Shown here: in pieces, positions 12,900 through 27,109 of the stretch
Numbering within the stretch: the stretch's first letter is position 1
Layout of the letters: every line of letters starts with the position of its first letter
NCBI RefSeq assembly: GCF_963921235.1
Contig: NW_026948111.1
Coordinates: forward strand, 1 to 64,000
DNA: 64,000 bases
Reading direction: 5' to 3'
From: Mobula hypostoma
Taxonomy: Eukaryota
The notes under the pieces: generated by a model
What the model was told of the DNA's origin: nothing
Databases searched by the model: none
What the model saw: the letters and a program-made list of their open reading frames with translations, nothing else
Program-made: the position numbers and the translations under genes

Positions 12900-15800
12900 C
12901 TGGTGGGATCGCTCTGTTATGAGAGAGAGGACTGCCTTGTGATCGCTGGTGGGATTAATCTATGAGACAGAGGACACTGCCTTTTGATCACTGGTGGGAT
13001 CACTCTGTTATCAGAGAGAGGACACGGCATTTTAATCACTGGTGGGATCACTCCGTTATCAGAGAGAGGACTGCCTTTTGATCACTGCTGGGATTGCTCT
13101 ATGAGACAGAGGACTGCCTTGTGATCGCTGGTGGGATTGCTCTATGAGAGGACACTGCCTTTTGATCACTGTTGGGATCACTCTGTTATCAGAGCGAGAG
13201 AGGACAATGTCTTTTGATCACTGGCGGAATCGCTCTGTGAGAGAGAGGACACTGCCTTGTGATCACTGGTGGGATAGCTCTGTTATCAGAGAGAGGACAC
13301 TGCCTTGTGATCACTGGTGGGATCGCTCTGTTATCAGAGAGAGGACACTGCCTTTTGATCACTGGTGGGATTGCTCTATGAGAGAGAGGACTGCCTTGTG
13401 ATCGCTGGTGGGATTCCTCTATGAGAGAGAGGACACTGCCTTTTGATCACTGGTGGGATCACTCTGTTATCAGAGAGAGAGGACACTGCCTTTTGATCAC
13501 TGGTGGGATCGCTCTATGAGAGAGAGGACACTGCCTTGTGATCACTGTTGGGATCGCTCTGTTATCAGAGAGAGGACACTGCCTTTAGATCACTGGTGGG
13601 ATCGCTACATTATTAAAGAGAGGACACTGCCTTTTGATCACTGGTGGGATCGCTCTATGAGAGAGAGGACACTGCCATTTGATCACTGGTGGGATCGCTC
13701 TGTTATCAGAGAGAGGACACTGCCTTTTGATCACTGGTGGGATCACTCTGTTATCAGAGACAGAGGACACTGCCTTGTGATCACTAGTGTGATCACTCTG
13801 TTATCAGAGAGAGAGGACACTGCCTTTTCATCACTGGTGGGATCGCTCTATGAGAGAGAGGACACTGCCTTTTGATCACTGGTGGGATCACTCTGTTATC
13901 AGAGAGAGAGGACACTGCCTTTTGATCACTGGTGGGATCGCTCTATGAGAGAGAGGACACTGCCTTGTGACCGCTGGTGGGATAGCTCTGTTATCAGAGA
14001 GAGGACACTGCCTTTTGATCACTGGTGGGATCGCTCTGTTATCAGAGAGAGAGAGGACACTGCCTAGTGATCACTGGTGGGATCGCTCTGTTATCAGAGA
14101 GAGGACACTGCCTTTTGATCACTGGTGGGGTCGATCTATGAGAGAGAGGACACTGCCTTGTGATCACTGGTGTGATCGCTCTGTTATCAGAGAGGACACT
14201 GCCTTTTGATCACTGGTGGGATCGCTCTGTTATCAGAGAGAGAGGACACTGCCTTTTGATCACTGGTGGGATTGCTCTATGAGAGAGAGGACACTGCCTT
14301 TTGATCACTGGTGGGATCGCTCTGTTTTCAGTGAGGACACTCCTTTTGATCTCTGGTGGGATCGCTCTGTTTTCAGAGAGGACACCGCCTTTTGATCTCT
14401 GGTGGGATCGCTCTGTTATCAGAGAGAGAGGACACTGCCTTGTGATCACTGGTGGGATCGCTCTGTTATCAGAGAGAGGATGCTGCCTTTTGATCACTGG
14501 TGGGATCACTCTGTTATCAGAGAGAGAGGAAACTGCCATTAGATCACTGGTGGGGTCGCTCTATGAGAGAGAGGACACTACCTTTTGATCACTGGTGGGA
14601 TCACTCTGTTATCAGAGAGAGATGACACTGCCTTGTGATCACTGGTGGGATCGCTCTGTTATCAGAGAGAGGACTGCCTTTTGATCACTGGTGGGATCGC
14701 TCTGTTATTAGAGAGAGGAAACTGCCTTTTGATCACTGGTGGGATTGCTCTATGAGAGAGAGGACTGCCTTGTGATCGCTGGTGGGATGGCTCTATGAGA
14801 GAGAGGACACTGCCTTTTGATCACTGGTGGGATCACACTGTTATCACAGAGAGAGAGGACAATGTCTTATGATCACTGGTGGAATCGCTCTATGAGAGAG
14901 AGGACACTGCCTTGTGATCACTGGTGGGATCGCTCGGTTATCAGAGAGAGGACACTGCAGTTTGATCACTGGTGGGATTGCTCTATGAGAGAGAGGACAC
15001 TGCCTTTTGATCACTGGTGGGATCACTCTGTTATCAGAGAGAGAGGACACTGCCTTTTCATCACTGGTGGGATCGCTCTGTTATCAGACAGAGGACACTG
15101 CCTTTTGATCACTGGTGGGATCGCTCTGTTATCAGAGAGAGGACACTGCCTTTTGATCACTGGTGGGATCACTCCGTTATCAGAGAGAGGACACTGCCTT
15201 TTGATCACTGGTGGGATCGCTCTATGAGAGAGAGGACTGCCTTGTGATCGCTGGTGGGATTGCTCTATGAGAGAGAGGACACTGCCTTTTGATCACTGGT
15301 GGGATCACTCTGTTATCAGAGAGAGGACACTGCATTTTAATCACTGGTGGGATCACTCCGTTATCAGAGAGAGGACTGCCTTTTGATCACTGGTGGGATT
15401 GCTCTATGAGAGAGAGGACTGCCTTGTGATCGCTGGTGGGATTGCTCTATGAGAGGACACTGCCTTTTGATCACTGGTGGGATCACTCTGTTATCAGAGC
15501 GAGAGAGGACAATGTCTTTTGATCACTGGCGGAATCGCTCTGTGAGAGAGAGGACACTGCCTTGTGATCACTGGTGGGATAGCTCTGTTATCAGAGAGAG
15601 GACACTGCCTTGTGATCACTGGTGGGATCGCTCTGTTATCAGAGAGAGGACACTGCCTTTTGATCACTGGTGGGATTGCTCTATGAGAGAGAGGACTGCC
15701 TTGTGATCGCTGGTGGGATTGCTCTATGAGAGAGAGGACACTGCCTTTTGATCACTGGTGGGATCACTCTGTTATCAGAGAGAGAGGACACTGCCTTTTG

Positions 15801-16130
15801 ATCACTGGTGGGATCGCTCTATGAGAGAGAGGACACTGCCTTGTGATCAGTGTTGGGATCGCTCTGTTATCAGAGAGAGGACACTGCCTTTAGATCACTG
15901 GTGGGATCGCTACATTATCAAAGAGAGGACACTGCCTTTTGATCACTGGTGGGATCGCTCTGTGAGAGAGAGGACACTGCCATTTGATCACTGGTGGGAT
16001 CGCTCTGTTATCAGAGAGAGGACACTGCCTTTTGATCACTGGTGGGATCAATCTGTTATCAGATACAGAGGACACTGCCTTGTGATCACTGGTGTGATCA
16101 CTCTGTTATCAGAGAGAGAGGACACTGCCT
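12900..16130. repeat. Higher-order duplication of a ~0.9-kb block, offset 2,305 bp
   Basis: ORF pairs 13144/15449, 13453/15758 and 13585/15890 are offset by 2,305. Shared rare variants: ggcggaatcgctctgtga, gatagctc, tgttggg, ctacatta, gccatttg. Confidence 0.8.
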
Positions 16131-17250
16131 TGTGATCACTGGTGGGATCGCTCTGTTATCAGAGAGAGGACACTGCCTTTTGATCACTGGTGGGATTGCT
16201 CTATGAGAGAGAGGACACTGCCTTTTGATCACTGGTGGGATCACACTGTTATCACAGAGAGAGAGGACAATGCCTTGTGATCACTGGTGGGATCGCTACA
16301 TTATCAAAGAGAGGACACTGCCTTTTGATCACTGGTGGGATCGCTCTATGAGAGAGAGGACACTGCCTTTTGATCACTGGTGGGATCACTCTGTTATCAG
16401 CGAGAGAGGACACTGCCTTTTGATCACTGGTGGGATCGCTCTATGAGAGAGAGGACACTGCCTTGTGACCACTGGTGGGATCACTCTGTTATCAGAGAGA
16501 GGACACTGCCTTTTGATCACTGGTGGGATCGCTCTATGAGAGAGAGGACACTGCCTTGTGATCAGTGTTGGGATCGCTCTGTTATCAGAGAGAGGACACT
16601 GCCTTTAGATCACTGGTGGGATCGCTACATTATCAAAGAGAGGACACTGCCTTTTGATCACTGGTGGGATCGCTCTGTGAGAGAGAGGACACTGCCATTT
16701 GATCACTGGTGGGATCGCTCTGTTATCAGAGAGAGGACACTGCCTTTTGATCACTGGTGGGATCAATCTGTTATCAGATACAGAGGACACTGCCTTGTGA
16801 TCACTGGTGGGATCACTCTGTTATCAGAGAGAGAGGACACTGCCTTGTGATCACTGGTGGGATCGCTCTGTTATCAGAGAGAGGACACTGCCTTTTGATC
16901 ACTGGTGGGATTGCTCTATGAGAGAGAGGACACTGCCTTTTGATCACTGGTGGGATCACACTGTTATCACAGAGAGAGAGGACAATGCCTTGTGATCACT
17001 GGTGGGATCGCTACATTATCAAAGAGAGGACACTGCCTTTTGATCACTGGTGGGATCGCTCTATGAGAGAGAGGACACTGCCTTTTGATCACTGGTGGGA
17101 TCACTCTGTTATCAGCGAGAGAGGACACTGCCTTTTGATCACTGGTGGGATCGCTCTATGAGAGAGAGGACACTGCCTTGTGACCACTGGTGGGATCACT
17201 CTGTTATCAGAGAGAGGACACTGCCTTTTGATCACTGGTGGGATCGCTCT
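15783..17250. repeat. Near-perfect tandem duplication, period 715 bp (~15 monomers)
   Basis: ORF pairs 15890/16605, 16225/16940 and 16380/17095 are all offset by 715. Private markers gatcagtgttgg and gatcaatctgttatcagatacag occur once in each copy. Confidence 0.9.
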
Positions 17251-20200
17251 GTTATCAGAGAGAGAGGACACTGCCTAGTGATCACTGGTGGGATCGCTCT
17301 ATGAGAGAGAGGACACTACCTTTTGATCACTGGTTGGATCGCTCTGTTATCAGAGAGGACACTGCCTTTTGATCACTGGTGGGATTGCTCTGTTATCGGA
17401 GAGAGGACACTGCCTTTTGATCACTGGTGGGATCACTCTGTTATCAGAGAGAGGACACTGCCTTTTGATCACTGGTGCGATTGCTCTATGAGAGAGAGGA
17501 CACTGTCTTTTCATGACTGGTGGGATCGCTCTGTTATCAGAGAGGACACTGCCTTTTGATCACTGGTGGGATCACTCTGTTATCAGAGAGAGAGGACACT
17601 GCCTTGTGATCACTGGTGGGATCGCTCTGTTATCAGAGAGAGAGGACACTGCCTTTTGATCACTGGTGGGGTCGCTCTATGAGAGAGAGGATACTGCCTT
17701 GTGATCACTGGTGGGATCGCTCTGATATCAGAGAGGACACTGCCTTTTGATCACTGGTGGGATCGCTCTATGAGAGAGAGGATACTGCCTTTTGATCACT
17801 GGTGGGATTGCTCTATGAGAGAGAGGACACTGCCTTTTGATCACTGGTGGGATCGCTCTGTTTTCAGAGAGGACACCGCCTTTTGATCTCTGGTGGGATC
17901 GCTCTGTTATCAGAGAGAGAGGACACTGCCTTGTGATCACTGGTGGGATCGCTCTGTTATCAGAGAGAGGATGCTGCCTTTTGATCACTGGTGGGATCAC
18001 TCTGTTATCAGAGAGAGACGACACTGCCTTTAGATCACTGGTGGGGTCGCTCTATGAGAGAGAGGACACTGCCTTGTGATCACTGGTGGGATCGCTCTGT
18101 TATCAGAGAGGACACTGCCTTTTGATCACTGGTGGGATCGCTCTGTTATCAGAGAGAGGACACTGCCTTTTGATCACTGGTGGGATCACTCTGTTCTCAG
18201 AGAGAGGAAACTGCCTTTTGATCACTGGTGGGATTGCTCCATGAGAGAGAGGACACTGCCTTTTGATCACTGGTGGGATTGCTCTATGAGAGAGAGGACA
18301 CTGCCTTTTGATCACTGATGGGATCGCTCTGTTATCAGAGAGAGAGGACACTGCCTTGTGATTACTGGTGGGATCGCTCTGTTATCAGAGAGAGAGGACA
18401 CTGCCTTTTGATCACTGGTGGGGTCGCTCTTTGAGAGAGAGGACACTGCCTTGTGATCACTGGTGGGATCGCTCTGTTATTAGAGAGAGAGGACACTGCC
18501 TTGTGATCACTGGTGGGATCGCTCTGGTATCAGGGAGAGGACCATGCCTTTTGATCACTGGTGGGATCACTCTGTTTTTAGAGAGAGGACACTGCCTTTT
18601 GATCACTGGTGGGATCGCTCTGTTATCAGCGAGAGGACACTGTCTTTTGATCACTGGTGCGATTGCTCTATGAGAGAGAGAACACTGCCTTTTCATGACT
18701 GGTGGGATCGCTCTGTTATCAGAGAGGACACTGCCTTTTGATCACTGGTGGGATCGCTCTGTTATCAGAGAGAGAGGACACTGCCTTGTGATCACTGGTG
18801 GGATAGCTCTGTTATCAGAGAGAGAGGACACTGCCTTTTGATCACTGGTGGGGTCGCTCTATGAGAGAGAGGACACTGCCTTGTGATCACTGGTGGGATC
18901 GCTCTGTTATCAGAGAGGACACTGCCTTTTGATCACTGGTGGGATCGCTCTATGAGAGAGAGGACACTGCCTTTTGATCACTGGTGGGATTGCTCTATGA
19001 GAGAGAGGACACTGCCTTTTGATCACTGGTGGGATCGCTCTGTTTTCAGTGAGGACACTGCCTTTTGATCTCTGGTGGGATCGCTCTGTTATCAGAGAGA
19101 GAGAGGACAATGTCTTTTGATCACTTGTGGGATCGCCCTATGAGAGAGAGGACACTGCCTTGTGATCACTGCTGGGATCGCTCTGTTATCAGAGAGAGGA
19201 TGCTGCCTTTTGATCACTGGTGGGATCACTCTGTTATCAGAGAGAGAGGACACTACCTTTAGATCACTGGTGGGGTCGCTCTATGAGAGAGAGGACACTA
19301 CCTTCTGATTACTGGTGGGATCACTCTGTTATCACAGAGAGGACACTGCCTTTTGATCACTGGTGGGATCACTCTGTTATCAGAGAGAGATGACACTGCC
19401 TTGTGATCACTGGTGGGATCGCTCTGTTATCAGGGAGAGGACACTGCCTTTTGATCACTGGTGGGATCACTCTGTTATCAGAGAGAGGACACTGCATTTT
19501 AATCACTGGTGGGATCACTCCTTTATCAGAGAGAGGACTGCCTTTTGATCACTGGTGGGATTGCTCTATGAGAGAGAGGACTGCCTTGTGATCGCTGGTG
19601 GGATTGCTCTATGAGAGAGAGGACACTGCCTTTTGATCACTGGTGGGATCACTCCGTTATCAGAGAGAGGACTGCCTTTTGATCACTGGTGGGATCGCTC
19701 TGTTATCAGAGAGAGGACACTGCCTTTTGATCACTGGTGGGATTGCACTATGAGAGAGAGGACTGCCTTGTGATCGCTGGTGGGATTGCTCTATGAGAGA
19801 GAGGACACTGCCTTTTGATCACTGGTGGGATCACTCTGTTATCAGAGAGAGAGAAGACAATGTCTTTTGATCACTGGTGGAATCACTCTATGAGAGAGAG
19901 GACACTGCCTTGTGATCACTGGTGGGATCGCTCTGTTATCAGAGAGGACACTGCCTTTTGATCACTGGTGGGATCGCTCTGTTATCAGAGAGAGGACACT
20001 GCCTTTTGATCACTGGTGGGATCACTCTGTTATCAGAGAGAGGACACTGCCTTTTGATCACTGGTGGGATTGCTCTATGAGAGAGAGGACACTGCCTTTT
20101 GATCACTGGTGGGATCGCTCTGTTATCAGAGAGAGAGGACACTGCCTTGTGATCACTGGTGGGATCGCTCTGTTATCAGGGAGAGGACACTGCCTTTTGA

Positions 20201-23200
20201 TCACTGGTGGGATCACTCTGTTTTTAGAGAGAGGACACTGCCTTTTGATCACTGGTGGGTTCACTCTGTTATCAGCGAGAGGACACTGTCTTTTGATCAC
20301 TGGTGCGATTGCTCTATGAGAGAGAGGACACTGCCTTTTCATGACTGGTGGGATCGCTCTGTTATCAGAGAGGACACTGCCTTTTGATCACTGGTGGGAT
20401 CGCTCTGTTATCAGAGAGAGAGGACACTGCCTTGTGATCACTGGTGGGATAGCTCTGTTATCAGAGAGAGAGGACACTGCCTTTTGATCACTGGTGGGAT
20501 TGCACTATGAGAGAGAGGACTGCCTTGTGATCGCTGGTGGGATCACTCTATGAGAGAGAGGACACTGCCTTGTGATCACTGGTGGGATCGCTCTGTTATC
20601 AGAGAGAGAGGACACTGCCTTTTGATCACTGGTGGGATTGCACTATGAGAGAGAGGACTGCCTTGTGATCGCTGGTGGGATTGCTCTATGAGAGAGAGGA
20701 CACTGCCTTGTGATCACTGGTGGGATCGCTCTGTTATCAGAGAGAGAGGACACTGCCTTTTGATCACTGGTGGGATCGCTCTATGAGAGAGAGGACACCG
20801 CCTTTTGATCACTGGTGGGATCGCTCTGTTATCAGAGAGGACACTGCCTTTTGATCACTGGTGGGATCGCTCTATGAGAGAGAGGACACCGCCTTTTGAT
20901 CACTGGTGGGATTGCTCTATGAGAGAGAGGACACTGCCTTTTGATCACTGGTGGGATCGCTCTGTTTTCAGTGAGGACACTGCCTTTTGATCTCTGGTGG
21001 GATCGCTCTGTTATCAGAGAGAGAGAGGACAATGTCTTTTGATCACTTGTGGGATCGCCCTATGAGAGAGAGGACACTACCTTGTGATCACTGGTGGGAT
21101 CGCTCTGTTATCAGAGAGAGAGGACACTACCTTTAGATCACTGGTGGGGTCGCTCTATGAGAGAGAGGACACTACCTTCTGATTACTGGTGGGATCACTC
21201 TGTTATCAGAGAGAGGATACTGCCTTTTGATCACTGGTGGGATCACTCTGTTATCAGAGAGAGATGACACTGCCTTGTGATCACTGGTGGGATCGCTCTG
21301 TTATCAGGGAGAGGACACTGCCTTTTGATCACTGGTGGGATCACTCTGTTATCAGAGAGAGGACACTGCATTTTAATCACTGGTGGGATCACTCCGTTAT
21401 CAGAGAGAGGACACTGCCTTTTGATCACTGGTGGAATTGCTCCATGAGAGAGAGGACTGCCTTGTGATCGCTAGTGGGATTGCTCTATGAGAGAGAGGAC
21501 TGCCTTGTGATCGCTGGTGGGATTGCTCTATGAGAGAGAGGACACTGCCTTTTGATCACTGGTGGGATCGCTCGGTTATCAGAGAGAGGACACTGCCTTT
21601 TGATCACTGGTGGAATTGCTCCATGAGAGAGAGGACTGCCTTGTGATCGCTAGTGGGATTGCTCTATGAGAGAGAGGATACTGCCTTTTGATAACTGGTG
21701 GGATCACTCTGTTATCAGAGAGAGAGGACACTGCCTTTTGATCACTGGTGCGATCACTCTGTTATCAAAGAGAGAGGACACTGCCTTTCGATCACTGGTG
21801 GGATCGCTCTATCAGAGAGAGGACACTGCCTTGTGACCACTGGTGGGATCGCTCTGTTATCAGAGAGAGGACACTGCCTTTTGATCACTGGTGGGATCGC
21901 CCTATGAGTGAGAGGACACTGCCTTGTGATCACTGGTGGGATCGCTCTATGAGAGAGAGGACTGCCTTGTGATCGCTGGTGGGATTAATCTATGAGAGAG
22001 AGGACACTGCCTTTTCATCACTGGTGGGATCACTCTGTTATCAGAGCGAGAGAGGACAATGTCTTTTGATCACTGGTGGAATCGCTCTATGACAGAGAGG
22101 ACACTGCCTTGTGATCACTGGTGGGATCGCTCTGTTATCAGACAGAGGACACTGCCTTGTGATCACTGGTGGGATCGCTCTGTTATCAGAGAGAGGACAC
22201 TGCCTTTTGATCACTGGTGGGATTGCTCCATGAGAGAGAGGACTGCTTTGTGATCGCTGGTGGGATTGCTTTATGAGAGAGAGGACACCACCTTTTGATC
22301 ACTGGTGGGATCACTCTGTTATCAGAGCGAGAGAGGACAATGTCTTTTGATCACTGGTGGAATCGCTCTATGAGAGAGAGGACACTGCCTTGTGATCACT
22401 GGTCGGATCGCTCTGTTATCAGACAGAGGACACTGCCTTGTGATCACTGGTGGGATCGCTCTGTTATCAGAGAGAGGACACTGCCTTTTGATCACTGGTG
22501 GGATTGCTCTATGAGAGAGAGGACTGCCTTGTGATCGCTGGTGGGATTGCTCTATGAGAGAGAGGACACTGCCTTTTGATCACTGGTGGGATCACTCTGT
22601 TATCAGAGAGAGAGGACACTGCCTTTTGATCACTGGTGGGATCGCTCTATGAGAGAGAGGACACTGCCTTGTGACCACTGGTGGGATCGCTCTGTTATCA
22701 GAGAGAGGACACTGCCTTGTGATCACTGGTGGGATCACTCTGTTATCAGAGAGAGAGGACAATGCCTTGTGATCACTGGTGGGATCGCTCTATGAGAGAG
22801 AGGACACTGCCTTTTGATCATTGGTGGGATCACTCTGTTATCAGAGAGAGAGGACACTGCCTTGTGATCACTGGTGGGATCGCTCTGTTATCAGAGAGAG
22901 GACAATGCTTTTTGATCACTGGTGGGATCGCTCTATTATCAGAGAGAGGACACTGCCTTTTGATCACTGGTGGGATCACTCCGTTATCAGAGCGAGGACA
23001 CTGCCTTTTGATCACTGGTGGGATTGCTCTATGAGAGAGAGGACTGCCTTGTGATCGCTGGTGGGATTGCTCTATGAGAGAGAGGACACTGCCTTTTGAT
23101 CACTGGTGGGATCGCTCTGTTATCAGAGAGAGGACACTGCCTTTTGATCACTGGTGGGATCACTCCGTTATCAGAGAGAGGACACTGCCTTTTGATCACT

Positions 23201-26200
23201 GGTAGGATCGCTCTGTTATCAGAGAGTGGAAACTGCCTTTTGATCACTGGTGGGATTGCTCTATGAGAGAGAGGACTGCCTTGTGATCGCTGGTGGGATT
23301 GCTCTATGAGAGAGAGGACACTGCCTTTTGATCACTGGTGGGATCACACTGTTATCACAGAGAGAGAGGACAATGTCTTTTGATCACTGGTGGAATCGCT
23401 CTATGAGAGAGAGGACACTGCCTTGTGATCACTGGTGGGATCGCTCGGTTATCAGAGAGAGGACACTGCAGTTTGATCACTGGTGGGATTGCTCTATGAG
23501 AGAGAGGACACTGCCTTTTGATAACTGGTGGGATCACTCTGTTATCAGAGAGAGAGGACACTGCCTTTTGATCACTGGTGGGATCGCTCTGTTATCAGAG
23601 AGAGGACACTGCCTTTTGATCACTGGTGGGATCGCTCTGTTATCAGAGAGAGGACACTGCCTTTTGATCACTGGTGGGATCGCCCTATGAGTGAGAGGAC
23701 ACTGCCTTGTGATCACTGGTGGGATCGCTCTATGAGAGAGAGGACTGCCTTGTGATCGCTGGAGGGATTAATCTATGAGAGAGAGGACACTGCCTTTTCA
23801 TCACTGGTGGGATCACTCTGTTATCAGAGAGAGGACACTGCATTTTAATCACTGGTGGGATCACTCCGTTATCAGAGAGAGGACTGCCTTTTGATCACTG
23901 GTGGGATTGCTCTATGAGAGAGAGGACTGCCTTATGATCGCTGGTGGGATTGCTCTATGAGAGGACACTGCCTTTTGATCACTGGTGGGATCACTCTGTT
24001 ATCAGAGCGAGAGAGGACAATGTCTTTTGATCACTGGTGGAATCGCTCTATGAGAGAGAGGACACTGCCTTGTGATCACTGGTGGGATCGCTCTGTTATC
24101 AGAGAGAGGACACTGCCTTGTGATCACTGGTGGGATCGCTCTGTTATCAGAGAGAGGACACTGCCTTTTGATCACTGGTGGGATTGCTCTATGAGAGAGA
24201 GGACACTGCCTTTTGATCACTGGTGGGATCACACTGTTATCACAGAGAGAGAGGACACTGCCTTGTGATCACTGGTGGGATCGCTCTGTTATCAGAGAGA
24301 GAGGACACTGCCTTTTGATCACTGGTGGGATCGCTCTATGAGAGAGAGGACACTGCCTTTTGATCACTGGTGGGATCACTCTGTTATCAGAGAGAGAGGA
24401 CACTGCCTTTTGATCACTGGTGGGATCGCTCTGTTATCAGAGAGAGGACACTGCCTTTTGATCACTGGTGGGATCGCTCTGTTATCAGAGAGAGGACACT
24501 GCCTTTTGATCACTGGTGGGATCGCTCTGTTATCAGAGAGGACACTGCCTTGTGATCACTGGTGGGATCGCTCTATGAGAGAGAGGACTGCCTTGTGATC
24601 GCTGGAGGGATTGCTCTATGAGAGAGAGGACACTGCCTTTTGATCACTGGTGGGATCGCTCTGTTATCAGAGAGAGGACACTGCCTTTTGATCACTGGTG
24701 GGATCACTCCGTTATCAGAGAGAGGACTGCCTTTTGATCACTGGTAGGATCGCTCTGTTATCAGAGAGAGGAAACTGCCTTTTGATCACTGGTGGGATTG
24801 CTCTATGAGAGAGAGGACTGCCTTGTGATCGCTGGTGGGATTGCTCTATGAGAGAGAGGACACTGCCTTTTGATCACTGGTGGGATCACACTGTTATCAC
24901 AGAGAGAGAGGACAATGTCTTTTGATCACTGGTGGAATCGCTCTATGAGAGAGAGGACACTGCCTTGTGATCACTGGTGGGATCGCTCTGTTATCAGAGA
25001 GAGGACACTGCCTTTTGATCACTGGTGGGATTGCTCTATGAGAGAGAGGACACTGCCTTTTGATCACTGGTGGGATCACTCTGTTATCAGAGAGAGAGGA
25101 CACTGCCTTTTGATCACTGGTGGGATCGCTCTGTTATCAGAGAGAGGACACTGCCTTTTGATCACTGGTGGGATCGCTCTATGAGACAGAGGACACTGCC
25201 TTTTGATCACTGGTGGGATCGCCCTATGAGTGAGAGGACACTGCCTTGTGATCACTGGTGGGATCGCTCTATGAGAGAGAGGACTGCCTTGTGATCGCTG
25301 GTGGGATTAATCTATGAGAGAGAGGACACTGCCTTTTGATCACTGGTGGGATCACTCTGTTATCAGAGAGAGGACACTGCATTTTAATCACTGGTGGGAT
25401 CACTCCGTTATCAGAGAGAGGACTGCCTTTTGATCACTGGTGGGATTGCTCTATGAGAGAGAGGACTGCCTTGTGATCGCTGGTGGGATTGCTCTATGAG
25501 AGGACACTGCCTTTTGATCACTGGTGGGATCACTCTGTTATCAGAGCGAGAGAGGACAATGTCTTTTGATCACTGGTGGAATCGCTCTATGAGAGAGAGG
25601 ACACTGCCTTGTGATCACTGGTGGGATCGCTCTGTTATCAGAGAGAGGACACTGCCTTGTGATCACTGGTGGGATCGCTCTGTTATCAGAGAGAGGACAC
25701 TGCCTTTTGATCACTGGTGGGATTGCTCTATGAGAGAGAGGACACTGCCTTTTGATCACTGGTGGGATCACTCTGTTATCAGAGAGAGAGGACACTGCCT
25801 TTTGATCACTGGTGGGATCGCTCAAGAGAGAGAGGACACTGCCTTGTGATCACTGTTGGTATCGCTCTGTTATCAGAGAGAGGACACTGCCTTTAGATCA
25901 CTGGTGGGATCGCTACATTATCAAAGAGAGGACACTGCCTTTTGATCACTGGTGGGATCGCTCTATGAGAGAGAGGACACTGCCTTTTGATCACTGGTGG
26001 GATCGCTCTGTTATCAGAGAGAGGACACTGCCTTTTGATCACTGGTGGAATCACTCTGTTATCAGAGACAGAGGACACTGCCTTGTGATCACTGGTGTGA
26101 TCACTCTGTTATCAGAGAGAGAGGACACTCCCTTTTCATCACTGGTGGGATCGCTCTATGAGAGAGAGGACACTGCCTTTTGATCACTGGTGGGATCACT

Positions 26201-27109
26201 CTGTTATCAGAGGGAGAGGACACTGCCTTTTGATCACTGGTGGGATCGCTCTATGAGAGAGAGGACACTGCCTTGTGACCACTGGTGGGATCGCTCTGTT
26301 ATCAGAGAGAGGACACTGCCTTTTGATCACTGGTGGGATCGCTCTGTTATCAAAGAGAGGACACTGCCTTTTGATCACTGGTGGGATCGCTCTGTTATCA
26401 AAGAGAGGACACTGCCTTTTGATCACTGGTGGGATTGCTCTATGAGAGAGAGGACACTGCCTTTTGATCACTGGTGGGATCGCTCTGTTATCAGAGAGAG
26501 AGGACACTGCCTTGTGATCACTGGTGGGATCGCTCTGTTATCAGAGAGAGAGGACACTGCCTTTTGATCACTGGTGGGGTCGCTCTATGAGAGAGAGGAC
26601 ACTGCCTTGTGATCACTGGTGGGATCGCTCTGTTATCAGAGAGGACACTGCCTTTTGATCACTGGTGGGATTGCTCTGTTATCAGCGAGAGGACACTGTC
26701 TTTTGATCACTGGTGCGATTGCTCTATGAGAGAGAGGACACTGCCTTTTCATGACTGGTGGGATCGCTCTGTTATCAGAGAGGACACTGCCTTTTGATCA
26801 CTGGTGGGATCGCTCTGTTATCAGAGAGAGAGGACACTGCCTTTTGATCACTGGTGGGATCGCTCTGTTATCAGAGAGAGAGGACACTGCCTTTTGATCA
26901 CTGGTGGGGTCGCTCTATGAGAGAGAGGACACTGCTTTTTGATCACTGGTGTGATCGCTCTGTTATCAGAGAGGACACTGCCTTTTGATCACTGGTGGGA
27001 TCGCTCTATGAGAGAGAGGACACTGCCTTTTGATCACTGGTGGGATTGCTCTATGAGAGAGAGGACACTGCCTTTTGATCACTGGTGGGATCGCTCTGTT
27101 TTCAGTGAG

